Shown here in pieces: positions 22,295-31,280 of a stretch of 64,000 bases of DNA (position 1 is its first letter; every line of letters begins with the position of its first letter). Position numbers and translations under genes: made by a program. Source of the DNA: Deferribacterales bacterium (GTDB taxonomy: Bacteria > Chrysiogenota > Deferribacteres > Deferribacterales > Geovibrionaceae). The stretch is taken from assembly GCA_050253075.1 (NCBI GenBank), contig JBFWJS010000002.1:224001-288000 (forward strand). The letters are read 5' to 3'. The notes under the pieces are model-generated. The model was not told the origin of the DNA and did no database searches. It saw only the letters and a program-made list of their open reading frames with translations.

Positions 22295-24886
22295 ATGCAG
22301 ACAGTTGAAAACATTAAAAACTACTATCATTCCACATGGAAAGATATCAAAAGCAACAGACACTCGTACAGCTCTTCGTGGCAGCTGTCTAAAAGACTGA
22401 CAGAGCTCACGGACGAGACAGTATGTAAAGTGTGCGAAATGGCCGCAGAGCAAGCGGGCAAGGTCGACGGCATAGCCGTGCTGGCACTCGGCGGATACGC
22501 CAGAGAGCAGATGGCTCCGCATTCCGACATAGACATCCTCATCCTGCACAGGGGCAGAGCCTCGAAAAAGCAGGAGGAGTTCATGAACGCCTTCACCACC
22601 TTCATGTGGGACATAGGCACCAACCCTGGCATACAGATAAAAGGACTTAAAGACGTCGCAAAGGCAGCTATGGAGGATGAGGTCGTCAGGACATCATTCA
22701 TAGACCACAGGTTCCTTTACGGCTCTAAAAAGGACTATGACGCATACCTCAAGATCATCAACGAAAAGGTGATGGAGAAAGGTAAGGAAGAGTTCCTCAT
22801 GATGAAGATAGACGGAGTGCGCAACAGAAACAGCAAATTCCGTGACTCCATCTTCCGCCTTCAGCCGAATATCAAAGAGGGCGCAGGCGGCATCAGAGAC
22901 CTGAACACCATCTCATGGATATGCAAGATACTTTATAAAACAAGCAACCTCGCAGAAACAGTGAAATACAACATCCTTACCCGTGAGGAGTACGACAAGC
23001 TCATGGAGCACAGCGCATTCCTTTTCGCCGTGCGTATGGAGCTGCACTATTTCCACAACAGAAAATACGACGTGATGACTCTGGAAGCACAGATGGAGAT
23101 AGCTCATAACATGGGCTACAGCGGTACCGACAGCGTACAGAGCGTTGAGCTATTCATGCGTGACTACTACATCCGAGCAAAGGACGTGGCGGAGATCACC
23201 AATAAAGTGATCAACCGCACCATGCTGAAACTGCCCGTGAAGAACCTTAATAAAAAGCCTTACATAGCAAAGCTGTCAGACGGATACGCCCAGTATGCAA
23301 ACACGCTGACAGTGCTTTCGAAAGATATATTCACAGAGAGCCCGAGAAAGCTGATAACAATCTTCTCATACGCTTCCAGACGAGGACTGAAGCTCTCCGA
23401 CAGCACCTGCGACCTCATCAGGGAAAATGTTCACCTGATAGACACAGCATTCATAAACGAATACGGAAAGACATTCCTTAAAACAATAAGCGCATTCCCC
23501 ACATCATTCAGAGTGGTATCCGACATGTATAAATGCCGTGTGCTTCAGGCGATGATACCCGAGTTTGAAGGGCTGGAATGCCGTCCTCAGTTCGACTATT
23601 ACCACCACTATACGGTGGACGAGCATACAATACTCGCACTCAGCTACATAGACAACATAGCGTCCAGCATACCGCCTTCGCTGAATACATATCAGGAAGC
23701 TCTGCTCGGCATGGAGCGTAAAGACCTGCTGGCGCTCTCTATCCTCCTGCACGACATAGGCAAGGGACAGGGGAAGAACCACAGTCTGCTAGGTGCGAAG
23801 ATGTCCAGGATAATCTGTAAACGTCTCGACCTGACAATGGACGACACAGACACCGTCTGCAGTCTTGTGGAGCATCACCTTCTGATGAGTCACATCGCCC
23901 AGAGACGAGACCTGCACGACATAGACGTTATAGACCACTTCACATCTTTCCTTAATAACCTCGAGGAGCTGAGACTGCTCTTTCTCCTCACATATGCGGA
24001 CATGAACGCAGTGGGCGGAGCGACTTTCAACGAGTGGAAGAATAACCTGCTGAAAGAGCTCTACAGCAAATCTGTATCCGCAATAGTAAACGAAAGCCTG
24101 ATAGACGAGTTCGAAGATGTCATCAGACGACGCAGGCAGAAGATAGCCGAAAGATGTAAAAACATGCCCGACATACAGGCAATGGCAGACACCATCGACG
24201 ACGAATACCTTTATTCCACAAAGGCTTTCCTGCTGATACGCTACCTGCTTCTGGCGGAGGCTGTACACACTGATAACGACATTGTTGTCGAGATAGACGC
24301 CAGAGAAGAGATGGACAGCATAGAGGTCATCGTCTGCGCAAAGGACAGGGGCGGACTGCTCAGCGACATATGCGGAGCCCTCTCATCACTCACTTACAAC
24401 ATCAAATGGGCGAAGATCTACACCATGGAAAATGATGTGACAATAGACAACATCATAATAGACAACCCCTTCCCCGGACGTAAGATGCCCGATGATAAAA
24501 GAGAAACACTCAAAAACCGCATCATCAGCACCATAAAAGACGGCAGAGACATCGAACGCCAGATAACCCAGACAGGCAGCCCTTTCAAAGGTCCGATGCC
24601 TGTATTTGCAAAAAAAGACAAAATCGTGTTCGACAACGATATTTCTTCGAATTACACTGTAATAGATATATATACAAAAGACAGGATAGGACTGCTCCAC
24701 GATATTTTATGCACTTTCAACAATCTGGAGCTGAACGTATCCAAGGCGAAGATATCTACTGACATCGACAGGGTCGTAGATTCATTCTATCTCCTGGACA
24801 AGGATGGTCAGAAGATAACAGATCAGAAGGTTCTCGACACCATCAGAGAGGAGCTGTTTAAAAATATTGAAGCCGATACTGTATAA
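22295..24886 (+). CDS. glnD: [Protein-PII] uridylyltransferase / uridylyl-removing enzyme
   Basis: ALGGYAR..APHSDIDIL, PNIKEGAGGIRD, HD domain YHHYTVDEH and LLHDIGKG, two ACT domains. Confidence 0.96.
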   Translation: MQTVENIKNYYHSTWKDIKSNRHSYSSSWQLSKRLTELTDETVCKVCEMAAEQAGKVDGIAVLALGGYAREQMAPHSDIDILILHRGRASKKQEEFMNAFTTFMWDIGTNPGIQIKGLKDVAKAAMEDEVVRTSFIDHRFLYGSKKDYDAYLKIINEKVMEKGKEEFLMMKIDGVRNRNSKFRDSIFRLQPNIKEGAGGIRDLNTISWICKILYKTSNLAETVKYNILTREEYDKLMEHSAFLFAVRMELHYFHNRKYDVMTLEAQMEIAHNMGYSGTDSVQSVELFMRDYYIRAKDVAEITNKVINRTMLKLPVKNLNKKPYIAKLSDGYAQYANTLTVLSKDIFTESPRKLITIFSYASRRGLKLSDSTCDLIRENVHLIDTAFINEYGKTFLKTISAFPTSFRVVSDMYKCRVLQAMIPEFEGLECRPQFDYYHHYTVDEHTILALSYIDNIASSIPPSLNTYQEALLGMERKDLLALSILLHDIGKGQGKNHSLLGAKMSRIICKRLDLTMDDTDTVCSLVEHHLLMSHIAQRRDLHDIDVIDHFTSFLNNLEELRLLFLLTYADMNAVGGATFNEWKNNLLKELYSKSVSAIVNESLIDEFEDVIRRRRQKIAERCKNMPDIQAMADTIDDEYLYSTKAFLLIRYLLLAEAVHTDNDIVVEIDAREEMDSIEVIVCAKDRGGLLSDICGALSSLTYNIKWAKIYTMENDVTIDNIIIDNPFPGRKMPDDKRETLKNRIISTIKDGRDIERQITQTGSPFKGPMPVFAKKDKIVFDNDISSNYTVIDIYTKDRIGLLHDILCTFNNLELNVSKAKISTDIDRVVDSFYLLDKDGQKITDQKVLDTIREELFKNIEADTV

Positions 24887-26306
24887 AAAGCTGTTCAGTC
24901 ACCCTGAGCTGGATTCCATGCTGGGGGAGTGCTTCAGCTTTACAAAAAACATCAATGACGCAGATGTTATCATCACAGACAGTTCGGACATGCTCAAAGA
25001 GGCGAGGCTCAACATTATCATCACCTCAGAGATACCTGAGAATAACGTCAGTATCTCGCCCGAGCTAGACCCTATCGGTATGCTGGAATCCATCAAGCTC
25101 GCCGTAAAGACCTATTCCATATCACCCAGAATAGACAAGATATCCATGTTGCAGGAGCAGAACGCTCTGCTCAGCGAAGCGAATAAAGGACTGGTGGAGC
25201 TGTATAATCTAATCGATAATAAAAACCATCAGATAGAATTCCTCAAAAACAAACTGGAAAACATTATCAACTCCGCAGGGGAAAGCATTGTCGAGATAAA
25301 TACCGAAAGTGTGATCACCTATGCGAATAAAAAGTACGAAGACACCACAGGCTTTAACCATGAGATGTGGAAAGACATGAACTTCATGGAGCAGGTACAC
25401 CCCGACAACAGGGAAGAGTATCTCCATGCGCTGAACATCGTCACAAAGGAGAAGACTGCAAACCTCCAGATGAAGCTGAAAGCGGCAAACGGCGCATTCA
25501 TAACCGTGAATGCCTATATCACCGTCGTGCAGAACTCTATCGTACATTACGAGATAATCTTCGAGGACATCAGCAAGAAACTGCTCATCGAACAGCACAT
25601 GAAAAAGCTGGAGGAGAAGGCCATTGTCGCCGGATTTTCCAGACATCTGTCACACAACATCCTCAATGCGCTCACTGTCGCCGCGGGATTCCTGCGGAAG
25701 ATAAAGCAGGAGGTCTGCATAACAGACTCTCTCGGGCATAAATGGGGGATAGTGGAACAGAAATGCAAGCTGATCGAAGAGATCGTCACGGGGTATAACG
25801 ACTATACCAACGCCATATCTATGCAGACGGAGGAGACTTTCGACCTTGCCGAATTTGTCTCGCAGCTCGCAAACGAGATATCCGAAAAGACCTTCAGCAA
25901 GAACTTTTCGGCTTTCCTTTACAACTTCCTCGACCAGTACGAGATGTCTGTCAGCAGCAGGTTCAAGGAGCCGTACAGCATCGAGGGGAGCACAATGTTC
26001 CTCAAGATGGCGTTCTGCTACATCCTCAAAGACTCTATCAGATACTTTGACGAATTCACCCCGCTTCATTTCAAATTAGTCACGGAAAACACAGACGGCA
26101 GGCTCACTGTTATGATACAGGTGCCCGATGTGGACGTGCCGTCAGCCATACTCGACACCATGCTCCAGCCGTGGAACCATCAGGTGCTCTCGCAAAGCTT
26201 TGACTACTGGGGCATTGTGATAGCAAACGTCATAATCGAAAAGCACGGCGGAACCATGACTCTCCGCAAAGAACCCGACGGCCTTTCGTATATTATCGAA
26301 TTTTAG
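24867..26306 (+). CDS. PAS-domain histidine-kinase-like protein with degenerate ATP-binding domain
   Basis: Coiled coil, PAS (ITYANK..TGF..VHPDNRE), H-box-like SHNILNAL, C-terminal IIEKHGG but no DxGxG or GxGLG. TTG start overlaps glnD and is uncertain. Confidence 0.7.
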   Translation: MKPILYKKLFSHPELDSMLGECFSFTKNINDADVIITDSSDMLKEARLNIIITSEIPENNVSISPELDPIGMLESIKLAVKTYSISPRIDKISMLQEQNALLSEANKGLVELYNLIDNKNHQIEFLKNKLENIINSAGESIVEINTESVITYANKKYEDTTGFNHEMWKDMNFMEQVHPDNREEYLHALNIVTKEKTANLQMKLKAANGAFITVNAYITVVQNSIVHYEIIFEDISKKLLIEQHMKKLEEKAIVAGFSRHLSHNILNALTVAAGFLRKIKQEVCITDSLGHKWGIVEQKCKLIEEIVTGYNDYTNAISMQTEETFDLAEFVSQLANEISEKTFSKNFSAFLYNFLDQYEMSVSSRFKEPYSIEGSTMFLKMAFCYILKDSIRYFDEFTPLHFKLVTENTDGRLTVMIQVPDVDVPSAILDTMLQPWNHQVLSQSFDYWGIVIANVIIEKHGGTMTLRKEPDGLSYIIEF

Positions 26307-26316
26307 AATATTCTAA
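26303..26316. promoter_or_regulatory. Perfect palindrome TTAGAATATTCTAA, candidate operator
   Basis: 14-bp perfect inverted repeat about 75 bp upstream of the ATG at 26392. Confidence 0.45.
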
Positions 26317-26391
26317 TATATAAATATATCTCTTGATTCCTTCCCTGCTTTATAGTATTAATTGCTGAAATTATTTTACGGAGGCGATCTA

Positions 26392-27570
26392 ATGGCAATG
26401 GTCAAGGATCTCAAGGAAAACTATACACCTATATATTTCCTCGCGTCTCTTGGTGCGGGCGGTCTCACAGTGTCTTTCTTCATCTACTTCATGTTTATGG
26501 TAGATCATCCAAATACACCTGTGGCCACATTTGACTTCATCTATCCTGTTCTCACAGGCGGGAACCCACTCATATCAGCACTTGTGATATTCACATATGC
26601 GGCTATGGTGTTCTTCTTTTATCTTCACATCAGGCTTCTGGTGTGGAACATCTCCGAGTATAAGAAATTCAAACAGACAACAAAATACCACGAGATGAAA
26701 AACTCACATCAGGCAGTCAGCTTTATGGCTATCCCGCTGACGCTGGCTATGACAGTGAACTGCTCTTTCGCATTCTTCGCTGCCACAGTGCCAAACCTCT
26801 GGAGCATCGTCGAATACCTGCTCCCCGGGGCTATACTGGCGTTTCTCGCCATCGGCGTATACGCCATGAAGATATTCACAGAATATTTCAGCACATTCAT
26901 GATAAAGGGCGAATTCGACTATGCGAAGAATAACAACCTGTCTCAGATGATGGGCATCTTTGCTTTTTCAATGATAGCGGTCGGCTTTGCCGCACCTGCT
27001 GCCATGACACACATAAAGGTCGTTTCTGCCGTGTCGCTCTTCCTTGCCATATTTTTCCTTGTGATGGCTATATCACTGGCGTTTATAAAGATTACGCTCG
27101 GTCTTAAATCCATCTTCCGCTACGGCATCAGCAAGGAAGGCAGCGTGACTCTCTGGATATCCATCCCGATACTCACCATCATAGGCATCACAATGGTGCG
27201 CATGTTCTTCGGTTTGTCGCACAACTGGGACGCACACGGAAACATCTCCGCGCTCTTCGTCTTCACATCCGTCATCCTTTCTTTACAGATAGGCTTCGGC
27301 ATCATAGGCTACATAGTCATGAAGCGCATCGGATATTTCAAAGACTACCTCTACGGTACAGAAAAGAGCGCCAGCGTGTATTCTCTTATATGTCCGGGTG
27401 TTGCGGTGTTTGTTTTCGGTATGTTCTTTATATTCTACGGACTGGTACAGAACGGACTGGTGCAGAGGTTCAGCCCTGCATACTTCATCATCCTGATACC
27501 TTTCACTGCTGTACAGCTTAAGACAGCGTGGACAATGATACAAATAAACAAGAAAATGCTTAAAGCATAG
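26392..27570 (+). CDS. Polytopic (~10 TM) membrane protein, TsoY-like
   Basis: Very hydrophobic; Y.PIYFLASLGAGGL, AIPLTLAMTVN, LICPG. Family name recalled, not searched. ATG 26392 follows GGAGG. Confidence 0.6.
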   Translation: MAMVKDLKENYTPIYFLASLGAGGLTVSFFIYFMFMVDHPNTPVATFDFIYPVLTGGNPLISALVIFTYAAMVFFFYLHIRLLVWNISEYKKFKQTTKYHEMKNSHQAVSFMAIPLTLAMTVNCSFAFFAATVPNLWSIVEYLLPGAILAFLAIGVYAMKIFTEYFSTFMIKGEFDYAKNNNLSQMMGIFAFSMIAVGFAAPAAMTHIKVVSAVSLFLAIFFLVMAISLAFIKITLGLKSIFRYGISKEGSVTLWISIPILTIIGITMVRMFFGLSHNWDAHGNISALFVFTSVILSLQIGFGIIGYIVMKRIGYFKDYLYGTEKSASVYSLICPGVAVFVFGMFFIFYGLVQNGLVQRFSPAYFIILIPFTAVQLKTAWTMIQINKKMLKA

Positions 27571-27593
27571 TTTCTTTATACAACTCCCAACGT

Positions 27594-27623
27594 AAAAAGG
27601 CGGACTCTGTGTCCGCCTTTTTT
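27594..27623. terminator. Bidirectional intrinsic terminator
   Basis: AAAAAGGCGGAC-N5-GTCCGCCTTTTT between convergent genes. Confidence 0.88.
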
Positions 27624-27858
27624 ATTCTTGTTTCGAGCCTTCTTTATAACCTTCTTTGAAGTCTTTTACGGCTTCTTTAGTGTCTTCATATCCTTCTTTA
27701 ATGGTGGTTTTTCCTTCTTCATAGGTATCTTTGACAGTGTCTTCCACCTTTTTAACCGTCTCGCCTACTTTCTCTCCGGCATTTTCAGATTTGCTGTCGC
27801 ATCCGGTCAGAGCAAGTGCCAAGACCATCAGCGCGATAGGAATAATTTTAAACTTCAT
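27622..27858 (-). CDS. Small lipoprotein (amphipathic, K/E-rich)
   Basis: Signal peptide with lipobox LTGC; GGAGG RBS. Confidence 0.8.
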   Translation of the reverse strand: MKFKIIPIALMVLALALTGCDSKSENAGEKVGETVKKVEDTVKDTYEEGKTTIKEGYEDTKEAVKDFKEGYKEGSKQE

Positions 27859-27932
27859 AACAATATCCTCCTTGTTGTAAAGAAGTTATAGTTGTTAATA
27901 TAGTAACTATAAAAAATAATGCAAATCCGCCC

Positions 27933-29063
27933 CTATGATAAAACCAATAAGGTGATCTCAGATTCGGCACCTATCCTCAGCGGCGGTCCCCAATAGCACG
28001 TCCCCTGACTGACATATACATTCGTGTCCTTCACCTTATACAGGCCTTTTACGAATTCGTGGAAGAGATATATGACCATCGTCCACGGGAAGTACTGCCC
28101 GCCGTGGGTATGCCCCGAAAGCTGAAGGTCGTATCCGTGCTCGGCTATCTCTCTGGTTATCTCAGGCCTGTGGGACAGGATAACGGAGAAGTCGTAAGCC
28201 TCGTCTGTCTCCTTTGCCTTTGCAGGGTCGTATTTAGCAAAGCCGAATCTGTCCGAGTGCATATCAGGCACCCCGGCCATGAGCAGCTTTGCGCCTTTAT
28301 GGCTGATGATGTCGTTGCTGTTCTCCAGTACTTTTATACCGAGTGATTCTATCTTTCTTATCCATGAGGATGCGCCTGAGTAATACTCATGATTACCTGT
28401 CACAAAGTAGACTCCGTATTTAGCCCGCAGGTCTTTCAGCGGGTCAACATAATCAGCTATATATTTCGCCGAGCCGTCCACAAGGTCGCCTGTGATAACG
28501 ACCACATCAGGCTCCAGATCGTTTGTCATCCTCACCACACGCTTCACTGTCTCTGCGCCGATGGTCGGGCCTACGTGTATGTCAGACAACTGTACTATGC
28601 GGAATCCTTTCAGGTCGGAATGTATATTATCTTTAACGATGGGCACTTCTTTGATAACGGGCTCTCCCACCGCACGATAAACTCCGTAGCCCGTCATGGG
28701 GAGCACGGCAAGGCTCATTGCCGAACCGGCGGTCTGCGAGAGGAATCTGCGTCTGGAGGGGGAGAATTTCGGAGTGGTCTTTGTGGCGACGTATCCGCCT
28801 GTATTTACCAGAACCTTAACCACGGCGGCACAGAAGAGCATGCTCACCACACCGATGGATACATAGCCCACCCATGCAAATATCAGGAATATCTCACCAT
28901 GACCAAACTTTGCGATGGCTATGCGGGCGGCCACTGCCATATACATCATGAGGTATAAGAGCAGGCCGTATAACAAAAATCTTTTTTTACTGATGAGCTG
29001 TCTGGCACTGAATAAAGCCATGAACAGCATCACGAATGAAGCAATTACGAAAAACATTTTCAC
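27933..29063 (-). CDS. Membrane-anchored metallophosphoesterase (YkuE-like)
   Basis: DIHVG, GDLVDG, GNHEYY, LSH.P, SGHTHGGQ; N-terminal TMs with an internal SRRRFL motif. Confidence 0.9.
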   Translation of the reverse strand: MKMFFVIASFVMLFMALFSARQLISKKRFLLYGLLLYLMMYMAVAARIAIAKFGHGEIFLIFAWVGYVSIGVVSMLFCAAVVKVLVNTGGYVATKTTPKFSPSRRRFLSQTAGSAMSLAVLPMTGYGVYRAVGEPVIKEVPIVKDNIHSDLKGFRIVQLSDIHVGPTIGAETVKRVVRMTNDLEPDVVVITGDLVDGSAKYIADYVDPLKDLRAKYGVYFVTGNHEYYSGASSWIRKIESLGIKVLENSNDIISHKGAKLLMAGVPDMHSDRFGFAKYDPAKAKETDEAYDFSVILSHRPEITREIAEHGYDLQLSGHTHGGQYFPWTMVIYLFHEFVKGLYKVKDTNVYVSQGTCYWGPPLRIGAESEITLLVLS

Positions 29064-29092
29064 TCCTTATTAGAGTAATAATTTAATGCTTT

Positions 29093-29875
29093 TCAGAATA
29101 CTTTCAATGATTTCAGGTAGGATATCAGTTTATATGTTTCATATTTGCCGAGGACAGGGGTATCCACGTTTAAAACATCAGATACTGCGACGAACGGCAG
29201 CTTATAGTCGTCGGGGTGGTCGCATCCGTGCAGTTTATCGTGTCCTGCATGGTCTGATGTTATTATCAGCAGGTATTTTCCTTTCGATGTGACAGTCTCG
29301 ATGAGAGGTTTCAGCTCTTCGTCTATGAATTTGAAGTCTTCGATATATTCCTTAGACATCCAGCCATATTCGGGACCTGTAAAGTCTAGCCCTGATATAT
29401 GCAGGAAGACAAAGTTCTTATCATGGGTTTTTATGTATTCTGTTGTTTTATCTATAGGATATTCTTTTGAAAAGTAGCTCTGATCAACGGCATCATTTAC
29501 AAGGAATGCCAACTTCCCTTTGCTGTATATGAATCCCGTGTTGTAGCCTATAGATTTGGCAGTGTTGAATATGGTCGGCTGAGCTATTGTTGCGTCGCCT
29601 TTTTTCCATGCGTTGCTGTCACGTCCGCCTGTCTGCGGGCTCAGCCCTGTGAACATTGCGCTGTGGCTTATGAGTGTTTTCGGCGGCGTTGTGCTTCTGC
29701 CATCCAGCTTTATCACTCCCCTATCCGCCAGAGACATTATGTTCGGCGCATTTTCACGTGTCACGGCATCAGGGTGCAGAGCGTCTATGGAGACTATCAC
29801 CACATTATTCAGCAGATCGGCGGCATATGCCTGAAAGGAAATGATTATTGTTATAAGCAGAAGTATTGTTTTCAT
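29093..29875 (-). CDS. Secreted alkaline-phosphatase-superfamily protein (nucleotide pyrophosphatase/phosphodiesterase-like)
   Basis: Signal peptide ending AYA; VSIDAL, PPKTLISH.AMFTG (Thr nucleophile), D..G..YGW.S, TSDHAG. Start is 29875 or 29881. Confidence 0.82.
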   Translation of the reverse strand: MKTILLLITIIISFQAYAADLLNNVVIVSIDALHPDAVTRENAPNIMSLADRGVIKLDGRSTTPPKTLISHSAMFTGLSPQTGGRDSNAWKKGDATIAQPTIFNTAKSIGYNTGFIYSKGKLAFLVNDAVDQSYFSKEYPIDKTTEYIKTHDKNFVFLHISGLDFTGPEYGWMSKEYIEDFKFIDEELKPLIETVTSKGKYLLIITSDHAGHDKLHGCDHPDDYKLPFVAVSDVLNVDTPVLGKYETYKLISYLKSLKVF

Positions 29876-29942
29876 AAGCATGAAATTATCACTAAAATAT
29901 TGCGATGTCATCATATAATTACACATTATGACATTCGTATAC

Positions 29943-30418
29943 GTCACTCTGAGCGAATGTAATGAGCGTGAGAGTCTCTGGCGTATCGGTTACATAGGTT
30001 TATAGTCACCGTGACTAAACCATTCTATTTAAATCAGGGTCTGAGATTCTTACGCTGACGGTGTCAGCTCAGAATGACGAGATGGACAGTGACGTCAGGG
30101 TGCGTCACTGCGAGGAGGCATTAGCCGACGCGGCAGTCTTAGCCCGATAGCATGATTACAGATTTTTCGTTTCACTCGGAATGACGTTATTGCATCACTC
30201 CATTTAAATAAGGTTCTGAGATTCTTACGCTGACGGTGTCAGCGTAAGAATGACGAGATGGACAGTGACGTCAGGGTGCGTCACTGCGAGGAGGCATTAG
30301 CCGACGCGGCAGTCTTAGCCCGATAGCAGAATTACAGATTCTTCGTTTCACTCAGAATGACGTAAAAAGTTTTATATTTTCACTAAGATTGCCGCGTCGC
30401 TCCGCTCCTCGCAATGAC
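29943..30418. repeat. BIME-like mosaic of REP-like palindromes with a 175-bp tandem duplication
   Basis: Eight GTCA-/-TGAC units of two subtypes; 30027-30187 is repeated near-identically at 30202-30363. Confidence 0.92.
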
Positions 30419-30486
30419 TTTAAATTCGAGGTTGGTTGCTAGAAACGAACACGTCAAGGCGCAGAGATGTGAAGTTTATTGAAAAC

Positions 30487-30517
30487 AAAAAAAAGGGTGG
30501 CCATAACGACCACCCTT
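30487..30517 (-). terminator. Terminator of the sdh operon
   Basis: AAGGGTGG...CCACCCTT stem with T8 on the minus strand. Confidence 0.85.
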
Positions 30518-30555
30518 CTTCTTTATATCAAGTGTTGTATCAAATACTAAGTTGA

Positions 30556-31263
30556 TTAAACCTGATTGTCGAGGAGAAGCTTTCTGATGTTCATGATAGC
30601 TTCTGTCGGGTTGAGCTCCTTCGGACATGCCTCTACGCAGTTGTAGATTGTGTGACATCTCCATACACCATGCTTGTCGTTAAGCATAGGAAGACGCTGA
30701 TCTGCACCCTCATCTCTTGAGTCAACGATGTATCTCCAAGCTCTAAGGAAAGCGTTTGGTCCGAGATACTTCTTGTCAGCCCAGTAAGATGGACATGAAG
30801 ATGAACAGCATCCGCAAAGGATACACTCATAAAGACCGTCAAGTTTCTTACGGTCTTCAGGAGACTGGTAGATCTCCTTATCAGGGTTTGGTGATGTTCT
30901 GATAAGGTAAGGCTTAACAGTGATGAATTTGTTGAAGAAATCATCAACGTCTGTTACCAGGTCTCTCATAACGTTCATACCGGGAAGTGGCTGAACGATG
31001 ATGTGGTCAGAGTTGAGGTCGTCAACTTTTGTCATACATGAAAGCATGTTAACGCCGTTTACGTTAAGACCGTCAGAACCGCAAACACCTTCACGGCATG
31101 AACGACGGTATGTAAGAGTCGGGTCCTGCTCCCATTTGATCTGGTTAAGCGCATCAAGCATCAGATAACCGGGTCTTCTAAGCTCAACCTGATATGTCTG
31201 AAAATATGCTTCTTTATCCTTATCAGGATCGTATCTGAATATTTCAAATGTTACTGTTTTCAT
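30556..31263 (-). CDS. sdhB: Succinate dehydrogenase iron-sulfur subunit
   Basis: RRSCREGVCGSDG, ECILCGCCSSSCPSYW, RCHTIYNCVEACPK. Confidence 0.97.
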   Translation of the reverse strand: MKTVTFEIFRYDPDKDKEAYFQTYQVELRRPGYLMLDALNQIKWEQDPTLTYRRSCREGVCGSDGLNVNGVNMLSCMTKVDDLNSDHIIVQPLPGMNVMRDLVTDVDDFFNKFITVKPYLIRTSPNPDKEIYQSPEDRKKLDGLYECILCGCCSSSCPSYWADKKYLGPNAFLRAWRYIVDSRDEGADQRLPMLNDKHGVWRCHTIYNCVEACPKELNPTEAIMNIRKLLLDNQV

Positions 31264-31280
31264 TATTCTACGTCCTCCCC

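Noticed and set aside
29943..30418. Possible CRISPR array
   Set aside because: Units alternate in type and orientation, spacers are duplicated and irregular, and no cas genes are present.
30476..30664. 62-aa minus-strand ORF
   Set aside because: Alternate frame over the sdhB end and its terminator; no coding signal.
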